A DNA stretch of 64,000 nt from Eledone cirrhosa (taxonomy: Eukaryota). The notes beneath the pieces were generated by a model. It had not been told where the DNA came from, searched no databases, and worked only from the letters and a program-made list of their open reading frames with translations. Shown in pieces: positions 12,595-23,789 of this stretch. Location: positions 181,102,001 to 181,166,000 of the forward strand of contig OZ024742.1 in NCBI GenBank assembly GCA_964016885.1, in the 5' to 3' direction. How positions within the stretch are numbered: the first letter of the stretch is position 1; each line of letters starts with the position of its first letter. The translations under genes were made by a program, and so were the position numbers.

Positions 12595-12940
12595 ATTGAC
12601 AAAGTCGTTAGAACGTCAGATAGAATGCTTTGTGGTATTTGTTTTGGCTCTGTGCTCTCTGAGTTTAAATACTGCTGAGGTCAAATTTGTCTTTCAGCCA
12701 TTTGAGATCAATAAAAAAAAAATGTACCAGTGTATTGCTGAGGTCAATTCTTCCTCTATCTCACTTCTTTTTTTTCACTCTCTGTCCTTCACTGAAAGAA
12801 ACCTGCTGTATTCAGATCTAGAGAGGAGATGATCTCTGCCAGGTTTAAAAATGCCCTAGATACACTGTATGTCAATATAGCATGCCTATGACACCCTCAG
12901 GAGTTATGGGTCCTTACCATACATCGAAATATCAGCTCAC
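12595..12940 (+). mobile_element. Nin/Deu-core SINE with extended 3' part
   Basis: Same layout as 3725-4060. Confidence 0.65.
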
Positions 12941-13556
12941 CATTCTTGATATATCATCATGATCATCGTTTAACATCCATTTTCCATGCAATCTAAGAAT
13001 GGAGAGGAATCAGAGTTAAAAAAATGTACTCAATACATTTATAGGAATGATATGTATTTAAGATTGTTTGATTTGTTTAAAAACATCATGAGTGCCCTGA
13101 TGATTTCAAATGAATGAAACTGTAGTAGTCCTGTAGAAGTCATTTCTATATATTCGTTTATTCATATATGTCTGTCTGTCTGTGTGTTATCAGCATTTTA
13201 TGTCCAATTTCCAAGTTTGTTTTGGTTGGATGGGTTGTCACAATTTGAGACTAGATTGGATGGAGATTCTTGCCTCACACATACACTTCATATATATATA
13301 TATAGCGGCGATGAATTAGTTTTGCGAGGTTTTTTATATGAAATCGTGTGTCGAAACAAATATTGTTATAATTGGGGAGGGTCATATTTGTGTACTATTG
13401 CCAGAATTAATAACAGAACACACTCACTGTTGGTTGGTTTTCGCTTCTCGCTTCTTTGTCTTTTATATCGGTAATCTAACTTACTCGGTCCTCAATGTTG
13501 CCATTGACTGACCGACGGTCAAAAATAATACAGATACAATTTAGACACAAACACAT

Positions 13557-13618
13557 AAATATAGTTTATCATAAATCTTTCGTTGCACATCTGCAACATC
13601 GTCAGTGGTGCTATATTT
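13557..13618 (-). ncRNA. Type I hammerhead ribozyme in the PLE 3' region/pLTR
   Basis: Minus strand: auauagcacca-CUGACGA-u-GUUGCA gaug UGCAAC-GAAA-gau-UUA-ugauaaacuauau. Perfect 6-bp stem II, minimal near-palindromic stem III, auauag/cuauau stem I. Confidence 0.8.
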
Positions 13619-13848
13619 TCCTCCTGTTGTATTGTATGTCTACGCCATTTTTATTCAGTCTGTCTATATATTTATTTATTTATTTGCTTGTTTGTTTATT
13701 TTATTTTGTCTTCTTTGCGCATGCGTTTGCGTGTGTGTATAGTGTTTTGTTTGCTGTGTGATGGGTGACTAGTGTGTGTTTATGTGCTTGTTGTTATTGT
13801 GCTTGTGTATGTATTTATTTATTTATTTATTTTATTTTATTTACTTAT

Positions 13849-15020
13849 TTATACTTCTCTTAGGTTAGTGTTGTTTGTTTGGGTGTTGTTGTTATACCAT
13901 TCATTCTTTCTGTTTAGTCTTGGTCTTCTAATTTCTACTTCACTGGCCTCTCTGATTTGCCTATCTGCTGGGTCATTTCTATGTTTAGATATTATTCTAA
14001 TTTCTATGTTGTCTATGTTACCGTCATGTTCGTATATTACTGACCCGTTTTTTCGTCCTTTTAGTTCCCCCCAGTGTTGGTCTATCCTTTCACCTATGCT
14101 ACGAGCTGTCTCACCTATGTATGTTGTTGTCATGTTTCTGCAAGTACCCTCTGTACATCTTATGCTATAGACTACGTTCTAGTTTTACAGTTTATCCGGG
14201 GGTTCACCTTACATATGATACATTTCCTATTGGTACAGTGGGTTTTCTTAAAAGGGTAGGTTTTGCTGATCAGGGATTTTATGGTGGTTCCTGACTTTTC
14301 TACCACCTTTATTTTTAAGTGGGTCTTTCTCAGGGCCTTTCTACACTGGTTAGCTAATTTCCCTCCAGGGGTAGCGTCCACAAACATGACACTCTGGTAT
14401 CTCTGGTTGTCGTACCATGAGGTGGCTTTCACTATCTTATGTCTAGCCCTATCTAAGCTATTCCATGATTTGCTCCTGTATAATGGGCAAATTCCTTTCA
14501 TGTCCAGTTCTATGAGGGTCTTATACTTCTCCATGGCTCCTTCGTATACTCTGACTCTGTCTCTTTGGTTGTAGCCAGAGAACTGCATGCGGTTGATGTG
14601 TTGGATGTGTCTTTCCATTTCTGTTGGGTCGCACATGCGGGACACATTCTTCATCACTCGTACCAAATCTGCGATCAGAATATTAAACTTAGCACTACTG
14701 GACATTGCTGACTTTTTGAGTATCAGGTATTTGGAGGCCATGGGTTTAGCATAGTGTGAGTGGAGAATTTGGGCTCTCTCGTCTATAGTGTTAATCCAGA
14801 GTTCTGTGTCTAATACAGGTAGTCTATTGTTAGGGTGTTTGGAAGGGAAGTCGATAGTTACAGTTATACTCTGGTGTATGGAATTAGTTATCTGCTGGAT
14901 GCTTTCCATCGTGCTACGTTCTAAATCAAACTTGTTAGTGCTCTCTAGTGGGGTGTTCTTATAACTATATTGATATCGTCTACATAACGAGAGTACATGA
15001 TGAGGTCTATGGAGCTCTCA
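13849..15020 (-). pseudogene. PLE ORF part 2: YVDD, thumb, Zn-linker and GIY-YIG endonuclease (frameshifted)
   Basis: ORFs 14172..14909 and 13849..14133 join by a 1-nt shift to give CKTRNVVYSIRCTEGTCRNMTTTYIGETARS. Confidence 0.85.
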
Positions 15021-16690
15021 TTAAGGAGATCTTTGTCTTCTTTCCCACCATACCATAAAAAGGTTGCCAACATCACCAGCTATACTGACGCCGATGGCTG
15101 GTCCCTCATTTTGGATGTAGATCTTCTCATTGAACTTAAATATGTGGCCCTTTAGGGTAGGTTTGATACTAGCCCCTATTGCATGTGCGACCATTTTTCT
15201 TACCTGATCATTGTTTTGGGGGGTCCGTATAGCTTTGGTCCACCCAATCCACCTTCCCATGGGAGTCTTTTTTGCCATTGAGGTTATGGTGGGGGGTCTA
15301 CCTCTTATAGGTCTACTAGGGCAGAAACGTCTAAGGTCATGGCTGTCTAGGTAGTCAGTGTCGTAGGTAAGTCTAAGTAGGAGGCCCAGTTCGTCTGTGT
15401 CGACGTCGCAGAACTCCACCTCACTCTCAATGATCATCTCCACACATCTTCTCACAGCAAAATCAATGTTAATGGATGGGTACAGTGACACCACATCCAT
15501 GCTGCCTATTATGCAGTTGGATAGGCTCCTGTTTTTGTTGCACTCACTGATTCTGCTGAGGAGGTCCTCTGTACTGTCACATACATCTGGGGACATCTTG
15601 ATTATGGGGCGTATAACCATTGAGAGGAAGTAGGAGATCCTGTAGTTGCTAGATATATTAGCTCCGCATACGGGTCTTGTTGGTGGTCCTGTTGTCGGGT
15701 CGTCGACTGTCTTGTGGTCTTTGCGGAGCCCATACAAGGGTGGTATGCCATTGTTAGACGCCTGGAAGTTGTTGGCAGTGCGTCTGCTTGGCTTTAGGAT
15801 GTCAGTCCACATCATCATGTGAGCGTTGAGGATTTTCTCTCTCTCATCGTGTGTTTGTTGTGCAATTTCGCTCGTGTTGGTGATGTGGGGTTGCATAGCC
15901 TTGATGTAGTTCGGCATGCTATCTATTGACATCCTACCAGACTTATCCGTGGGTAGACATACTACCTCACCATCCCTTCTGCGCTGCTTGAGGCTAACCA
16001 AGCCTTCTACAGGTTTCTTCCCAAGTTGTTGGGCCTCTGGTCTGCTCTGTCTCTTAGTATATCTGTCTACTATTTGTCTAATCTTATTTCTAGCTATGGT
16101 GAACTGTGCCTCTGTCTCGTCATCTATTTGTTGTGGTATGCAAACTCTTTTATTAAAGGGTAACCTCATAGGATAGATATTACCCATCTTATATGTTTTG
16201 TCAGCTGGGTTGAAAACTAGTTTCTCTAAGGGGTTGTCATTATATCTATCGTCATAGTTGTGTGTGTTGCTATTATTGTTATCATGGTGGTTGTTGTTGT
16301 TTCTATCATTAGCATTATTATTATTGTTATGATTGCTAGATGTATTGTTGTTTACTTCACCGTTATTGTTGTTGTTACTGTTATTTCTACCATTGTGGTT
16401 GTTACTTTTATTATGTTTCTTGTTTTTGTTGTGTCTATCATTGATGTTGCTACATGTACTATTTCCATTATTACCACTGTGGTTATTGTTGTTGTTCGTA
16501 TTGTTACCGTTATTACTACTGTGGTCGCTGCTGCTGTGTCTGTGGTTAATGTTTCTATTATTATTATTATTGTGGTTGTTGTTGTTCTGTCTATCGTTTG
16601 TATTATTACCATTATCACTATTTCTCACTTTCCTGCTATTGTTATTGTTATGGCTGTTATTTCTATACTCAGAGTTATTGTTTACTACCG
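15021..16690 (-). pseudogene. PLE ORF part 1: Asn-rich N-terminal region + RT N-terminal half
   Basis: ORF 15021..16871. Its first ~60 codons are flank, (TA)n and the inverted repeat, so they are excluded. Confidence 0.85.
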
Positions 16691-16774
16691 TGAGAAGCGA
16701 AAACCAACCAAACAGTGAGTGTGTTCTGTTATTAATTCTGGCAATATTACACAAATATGACCCTCCCCAAGTAT

Positions 16775-16837
<63 letters not shown>

Positions 16838-16914
16838 AAATAGACATAACAAAGCAAATGACATAGTACAATGAAGAAATATATTAGTTTAACACTTGAA
16901 ATAATAGGAAAAAT

Positions 16915-16952
16915 GTCTTAACATTTCGGATACTAGTCCTACATCAGAAGAT
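16915..16952 (-). ncRNA. Decayed Penelope-type hammerhead motif
   Basis: Minus strand: ucuu-CUGAUGU-a-GGA cuagua UCC-GAAA-UG-UU-aaga. One catalytic-core substitution plus a probable CpG-decay change in stem III. Confidence 0.55.
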
Positions 16953-17567
16953 AGAACAAAAAGACAAAGAGTGAAAAGAGGAAGAAACAGAAAAAAAAAT
17001 TGAGAAAAAACACTCATAAATATTCAGTCAGCAATATATATGAGGGTGGGGGTCATATATATATATATATTGTTTATATAGACATTTACTTTGATATGTT
17101 ACATAAATGTTTTCACAAATACAGGTAGTTGATTTGGTGTGAATTTATAAGGGTGTGTGTGTGTGTGTATACAGGCCAAGAGGTTAAGAAGTCTACTTTG
17201 TTATGTTAGTGACTTAGAATCATATATATAAAGAGGGTGTGGTAAGATACCAGGTGGACCATAATGCACCTCAATACTTATATTCGATATGACCGATGTG
17301 CGCAGGTGATACTGAGTAGTAGTAGTAGTAGTAGTAAGAGGAGGAGGAGTGGTGATGATCATGGTAGCGTAAGCTTTTTGTGTTTGGGTGTGTCACTATA
17401 GCGATTTGTTTTAGAAACTAGCAGCAGTGGTTGAAAGAGTTAACAAGAAAAAAAAAAAAGCAAACAGCAAGCAAGAGACATCGAACGACAATGCTCAGCA
17501 ATAAACATCGATTTATAAGTTGAAACGGGCGGAGCTCAGCTGTCGGGGTCCTGACTCTTTTCCTATA

Positions 17568-17612
<45 letters not shown>

Positions 17613-17615
<3 letters not shown>

Positions 17616-19305
17616 GGAAAAATTTGAACAGGAACAAAACAGAGAGGCAGTACAACGAATGTTTATTAATTTCACGCTCTGGAGAGTGGGGTGGTGGTGG
17701 GGAATGACGTTTCGGGCATAAGCCCTTCCTCAGGTGAGAAGTGTGTGGGACCAGAGTTCAGAGGGTGTGTAGGGGAGTGGTGGAGAGACATATAGCGAAA
17801 GGAAACGGTGGGAATGAAATAAAAATAAAAATAAAGCATGATCAAAATAAAAGGAATGAAATAAAAATAAATATAAAAGCATGATCAAAATAAACTGAAA
17901 TTAAAAAGGGGTAAAACAGGTGGTGGAAGGGTGTGGGGTATGTAGGGGTGGTGGCGGGTGGAGTGGGGAGAGGGAGATGGGGTGTCCGAGCGGGGAGGGA
18001 TGAAGGTGGTGTGTGTGTGTAGGTGTACGTGTGTGTGTGTGTGTGAAAGTAAGGGTTGGGGGAAGAACGGGGTTGCATGTTCAGGAAGAGGTGTGTGTGG
18101 GGGGGTTGTATGTCGGAGTGTCTGTGCGTGTGTGGATAGAGGGGTGGGGGGGAGGAATCAGCAGGCTGAGGGTGTAAATATGTGGTGGAAAGCACGTGTG
18201 TGTGGGGTTTAAGCGTGTTGTGGGTGTAGGTGGCGTGTGGGAGAAAAAACATGTTTTGGGTGTGTGTGTGGGTGAGTTATATAGGTGATTCCGTAAGAGG
18301 ATGGTTGAAATGCTGGTAAATTCCTATGATGTTTAGTAGATTCCGTGGTGGTCAAGTTCCACATACGAGTATTCCATGAAGAGATGGTCGGAAGAGGAGA
18401 GATGTGGGGTGCGCGCGCAACAGGAAGTGGTCAAGCGGTGGGAGTGCGGTGTGTCTGTTTGTGCTGGGAGGTGGTCAGAGGGCATAGCAGCAGTCGGGTG
18501 GAATGGTAAAGGGGCGAGGATGGGTAGGTGTGAAAGTTGGAGTGAGGAGGGTGTGTGTGTGTATTAGTCGAGGTGTTAGTGGGATGAGTGAGTGTGCAGC
18601 GAGGGTGTGGGTGGAGCGGGGAGAGAAGGGTGTGTGTAGTTCTATGGAGGGAGTGTGGTGTACTGGTGTGTGTGTAGTTTGATGAAGGGGGTGTTAGTGG
18701 GTGTTAGTATACGGGAGGTGGGGAAAGGGTTGAATGCATGTGTGAGTGGGGGTTAGTGGTGGTAGGGTGTGTAGAGTTGGTGGTGTACGAGGGCGTGTGG
18801 GTACGTGTGCGTGGGGTTGGGGGTGTTAGTGATGTTAGTTGCGTATGGGGTGGGTGGTGTAAGTGGGTGCGTGTGTTCGTGTGCTTGGGGTCAGGGGGTG
18901 TTAGTGAGGTTAGTTGCGGGGTGGTGGGATGGAGGTGTGGGGGTGAGGGTTAGTGGTGGTAGTAGGGTGTGTGTTTAGTGTGAGCGCGTGTATATATGTG
19001 CCGGTGTGTGTTTGTGTGTGATAAGGAGGGGGGAGGAGAAGAAGGGAGGGATGTTAGTATGTTAGTTGGGGAAAGGTGGTCGGATGAGGGGTGGAGTGGA
19101 GGTGTTAGTATTGTTAGTTGTGGCGTGGGCGGTGAAAAGGAGGGGTGTGTTAGTGGTGTTAGTGGGGGATAAGTGTGGGGGGAGGGGGGCGGTCGAAGGC
19201 TAAAGGAATAAGGGTGGGGAGTTCAGGCCGGGGGGAGTGTGGGTCTGTAAGATGAAGATAGTTCTTTGTTCGACTCTAAGGCGATTGGCGGGTGTTCCGT
19301 GGCAT
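17613..19305 (-). mobile_element. Second Penelope-like element, 5'-truncated: GIY-YIG C-terminus, long C-rich 3' region, hammerhead core
   Basis: 19303->19200 translates CHGTPANRLRVEQRTIFILQTHTPPGLNSPPLFL*, matching the PLE terminal motif RxxxEQxxIFxLxTxxPxGLN. Hammerhead core near 17705-17735. (TA)n on both sides. Confidence 0.8.
17700..17742 (-). ncRNA. Hammerhead ribozyme core (Penelope minimal type)
   Basis: Minus strand: CUGAGGA-a-GGGC uuau GCCC-GAAA-CG-UC. Palindromic ACGU stem III; stem I pairing not evident. Confidence 0.7.
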
Positions 19306-19419
19306 ATATATATTGGGTTGTCAAGTATGAAATTTGTAGAAAAAAACATGACCATATGCCTCACTACAAATTTTATACTTGACGACCCAATATATCATCA
19401 TCATCATCATCACATGTAT

Positions 19420-19615
19420 ATGTATATCATCATCATCATCACCATCATCGTTTAACGTCCATGTTCCACGCTTGCATGGGTTTGGACGGGAGTTTTCCCA
19501 CTTGAGGCAAGAGTGGTTGTCTTGCTCGCATAGGAGTGTCTGGCGGGTTTTCTACAGCTGGATGCCCTTCCTAACACCAACCACATTTACAGTGTGGGCT
19601 GGGAGGTTTTTACCG
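19420..19615 (-). mobile_element. 5'-truncated RTE-family 3' UTR/tail copy
   Basis: Closely matches 42060-42240 (ctggatgcccttcctaacaccaaccacatttacagtgtgg; tttaacgtccat..ttccacgct.gcatggg). Confidence 0.8.
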
Positions 19616-20429
19616 TGTTATATCATCATCAGCAGCATTTTTCCATCTGCTTTTCCATGTTTACATGCGTTATATATATATATAGTTTGATACATAGTAT
19701 ACACACAAACATTTCACTTCATCATTCCATAAACAATATATAAAAAGAATTATATCAAAGATAGACAATTTATTAAATATATATATTTGTGTGGTTTGAT
19801 ATGTATAATTTGAATTTTTGCTTCTTTCGTTTTGTTTTATTTTGTTAATTTGTCGACTGAAAGAAGAGAATAAGTTTTGAGGGTGATTCAAATTATTAAC
19901 TAACGTGGAATCCATTCAACAATAAACAACATATTTTGATTTCTTCTTGTTTTCATCTATACATCTGTTCATATGTCAGTATTTAGTGTGAATATATTCT
20001 TTTTATAACATATCTGTTTTCATTTTTGTATATTTTGTGTGAAAATCTTTATCTCCTCCCCAAACAACCTATCCCAGCACCCCACCATCCAAAATCTCTC
20101 CGCAAAAAAAAATAAAGACAAAAAATAAGAGAAACATGTTTGAAGTCAATAACAACTATTTAAGCATACTTTGTGTCTTTAAAGGAATTTCATGTTTACA
20201 ACTAATATTTTTCTTTGCTGTGTTTTTTGACTTCTAATATTATGGTACGAGTAATGGTGGTGGATATGTAGAATTCATAGACAATAGTAGACAGAATAGT
20301 GGTGGACTAGTAGAGTAGGTAATGTGGTAGATAGAAGGGAGATGTACGGACAGAGCGGGTTCTGTGATAGGTGAGATGGTAGTGTGTTGGTAGAGTTGGT
20401 TGACAGAAAGCTGGGTAAATGATGATAGT

Positions 20430-23360
20430 TGTAGACATGATGGTGGTATAATGGTAGATTTGGTTGTGTGGTAGGTGGGAGGGTTTGATGGTGCTGTAGA
20501 CATGATGGTGGTATAATGGTAGATTTGGTTGTGTGGTAGGTGGGAGGGTTTGATGGTGCTGTAGACATGATGGTGGTATAATGGTAGATTTGGTTGTGTG
20601 GTAGGTGGGAGGGTTTGATGGTGCTGTAGACATGATGGTGGTATAATGGTAGATTTGGTTGTGTGGTAGGTGGGAGGGTTTGATGGTGCTGTAGACATGA
20701 TGGTGGTATAATGGTAGATTTGGTTGTGTGGTAGGTGGGATGGTTTGATAGTGCTGTAGACATGATGGTGGTATAATGGTAGATCTGGTTGTGTGAAAGG
20801 TGGGATGGTTTGATAGTGCTGTAGACATGATGGTGGTATAATGGTAGATCTGGTTGTGTGAAAGGTGGGATGGTTTGATAGTGCTGTAGACATGATGGTG
20901 GTATAATGGTAGATTTGGTTGTGTGGTAGGTGGGATGGTTTGATGGTGCTGTAGACAAGATGGTGGTATAATGGTAGATTTGGTTGTGTGGTAGGTGGGA
21001 TGGTTTGATGGTGCTGTAGACAAGATGATGGTATAATGGTAGATTTGGTTGTGTGGTAGGTGGGTGGGTTTGATGGTGCTGTAGACAAGATGGTGGTATA
21101 ATGGTAGCTTTGGTTGTGTGGTAGGTGGGAGGGTTTGATAGTGCAGAAGACAAAGTGGTGGTATACTGGTAGATTTTGTTGGTTGGTAGGTTGGAGGGTT
21201 TGATGGTGTGGTAGACAAAGTGGTGGTATACTGGTAGATTTGGTTGTGTGGTAGGTGGGATAGTTTGATGGTGTGGTAGACAAGATGGTGGTATACTGGT
21301 AGATTTGGTTGTGTGGTAGGTGGGATGGTTTGATAGTGCAGAAGACAAAGTGGCGGTATACTGGTAGATTTTGTTGTGTGGAGGGTGGGATGGTTTGATA
21401 GTGTGGTAGACACGATGGTGGTATACTGGTAGATTTGGTTGTGTGGTAGGTGGGATGGGTTGATGGTGCTATAGACAAGATGTTGGTATACTGGTAGATT
21501 TGGTTGTGTGGTAGGTGGGATGGTTTGATGGTGTGGTAGACACAATGGTGGTATACTGGTAGGTTTGGTTGTGTGGTAGGTGGGATGGTTTGATGGTGCT
21601 GTAGACAAGATGGTGGTATACTGGTAGATTTGGTTGTGTGGTAGGTGGGAGGGTTTGATGGTGCTGTAGACAAGATGGTGGTATACTGGTAGATTTGGTT
21701 GTGTGGTAGGTGGGAGGGTTTGATGGTGCTGTAGATAAGATAGTGGTATACTGGTAGATTTGGTTGTGTGGTAGGTGGGGTGGTTTAATGGTGCTGTAGA
21801 CATGATGGTGGTATAATGGTAGATTTTGTTGTGTGGTAGGTGGGATGGTTTGATGGTGCTGTAGACAAGATGGTGGTATAATGGTAGATTTGATTGTGTG
21901 GTAGGTGGGGTGGTTTAATGGTGCTGTAGACATGATGGTGGTATAATGGTAGATTTTGTTGGTTGGTAGGTTGGAGGGTTTGAGTATACCACCACTTTGT
22001 CTACCACACATGGTGTGGTAGACAAAGTGGTGGTATACTGGTAGATTTGGTTGTGTGATAGGTGGGATAGTTTGATGGTGGTATAATGGTAGATTTGGTT
22101 GTGTGGTAGGTGGGATGGTTTGATGGTGCAGTAGACAAGATGGTGGTATACTGGTAGATTTGGTTGTGTGGTAGGTGGGAGGGTTTGATGGTGTTGTAGA
22201 CAAGATGGTGGTATACTGGTAGATTTGGTTGTGTGGTAGGTGGGATGGTTTGATGGTGCCGTAGACAAGATGGTGGTATACTGGTAAATTTCGTTGTGTG
22301 GTAGGTGGGAGGGTTTGATGGTGCTGTAGACAAGATGGTGGTATACTGGTAGATTTGGTTGTGTGGTAGGTGGGATGGTTTGATAGTGCAGAAGACAAAG
22401 TGGTGGTATACTGGTAGATTTGGTTGTGTGGGAGGTGGGATGGTTTGATGGTGTGGTAGACAAGATGGTGGTGTAATGGTAGATTTGGTTGTGTGGTAGG
22501 TGGGAGCATTTGATGGTGCTGTAGACAAGATGGTGGTATACTGGTAGATTTGGTTGTGTGGTAGGTGGGATGGTTTGATGGTGCTGTAGACAAGATGGTG
22601 GTATACCGGTAGATTTGGTTGTGTGGTAGGTGGGATGGTTTGATGGTGTGGTAGACACGATGGTGGTATACCGGTAGATTTGGTTGTGTGGTAGGTGGGA
22701 TGGTTTGATGGTGCTGTAGACAAGATGGTGGTATACTGGTAGATTTGGTTGTGTGGTAGGTGGGATGGTTTGATGGTGTGGTAGACACAATGGTGGTATA
22801 CTGGTAGATTTGGTTGTGTGGTAGGTGGGATGGTTTGATGGTGTGGTAGACAAGGTGGTGGTATACTGGTGAGATTTGGTTGTGTGGTAGGTGGGATGGT
22901 TTGATGGTGTGGTAGACAAGGTGGTGGTAAACTGGTGAGATTTGGTTGTGTGGTAGGTGGGATGGTTTGATGGTGTGGTAGACAAGGTGGTGGTATACTG
23001 GTGAGATTTGGTTGTGTGGTAGGTGGGATGGTTTGATGGTGTGGTAGACAAGATGGTGGTATAATGGTAGATTTGGTTGTGTGGTAGGTGGGATGGTTTG
23101 ATGGTGTGGTAGACAAGGTGGTGGTATACTGGTGAGATTTGGTTGTGTGGTACGTGGGATAGTTTGATTGTGCGGAAGACAAGGTGGTGGTATACTGGTA
23201 GATTTGGTTGTGTGGTAGGTGGGATGGTTTGATGGTGCAGAAGACAAGGTGGTGGTATACTGGTAGATTTGGTTGTGTGGTAGGTGGGATGGTTTGATGG
23301 TGTGGTAGACACGATGGTGGTATACTGATAGATTTGGTAGTGTGGTAGACATGATGGTGG
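20430..23360. repeat. 65-bp satellite array, left arm (G-rich on + strand), about 45 units
   Basis: Unit gtagacaagatggtggtatactggtagatttggttgtgtggtaggtgggatggtttgatggtgct. Confidence 0.97.
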
Positions 23361-23464
23361 TATATATGTATCCTTCAAAACTTCCATGTTTCCCCAAATT
23401 CACTAACACTACATTCCCCTTTCATACACATCTGTGTGTATATCATCACTCATACACTATTCAC

Positions 23465-23605
23465 TTTTCTGGTATTTGTACATTATTCTGAGTTCAAATC
23501 CAGCCGAGGTTAACTTTGCCTTTCATCTTTACGGGGTCGATAAAATAAAGTACCAGTAATGCACTGGATAATTGCTGGCCTTGTGCCAAATGTAGAAACA
23601 ATTAT
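23465..23605 (+). mobile_element. Nin/Deu-core SINE fragment in the satellite spacer
   Basis: gagttcaaatccagccgaggttaactttgcctttcatctttacggggtcgataaaataaagtaccag. Confidence 0.85.
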
Positions 23606-23789
23606 TCTATGTACTATTCATGCACCTTTGATGAGTTTTAGTACGCCTGAGCACTGTAGACAATAATTTTCCTTGTTTCATATTGGTAGATTTGGTAGTG
23701 TGGTAGACACAAAGGCGGCATACTGGTAGATTTAGTTGTGTGATAGGCAAGATAGTGTACATGTAAAATTGGTAGCCTGATAGAGAAGG

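Larger units (their letters stand above)
13304..16781 (-). mobile_element. Penelope-like element (RT + C-terminal GIY-YIG), Naiad-like, 5'-truncated with an inverted terminal segment
   Basis: RT motifs PTDKSGR, YGLRKDHK, PTRPVC, GSMDVVSLYPSI, GPAIG, RYVDD (14975-14986), LPVLDTELW, HYAKPMAS, MQFSGY. Cys cluster HCTNRKCIIC..C, then VVY..C..C..YIGETARS and RQIREA. About three frameshifts. Flanked by (TA)n on both sides. Confidence 0.92.

Noticed and set aside
13304-16781. Selenoprotein-type Naiad (in-frame UGA + SECIS)
   Set aside because: The ORF breaks are frameshifts ending in TAA/TAG rather than in-frame UGA at Cys positions, and I see no SECIS-like fold in the 3' region.
13361-16781. DNA transposon with 91-bp TIRs
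   Set aside because: The interior encodes RT and GIY-YIG, not a DDE transposase, and the left repeat is not terminal.
18560-19170. Interstitial telomeric repeat
   Set aside because: The motif is ggtgttagt / gggttagt, dispersed, not tandem TTAGGG.
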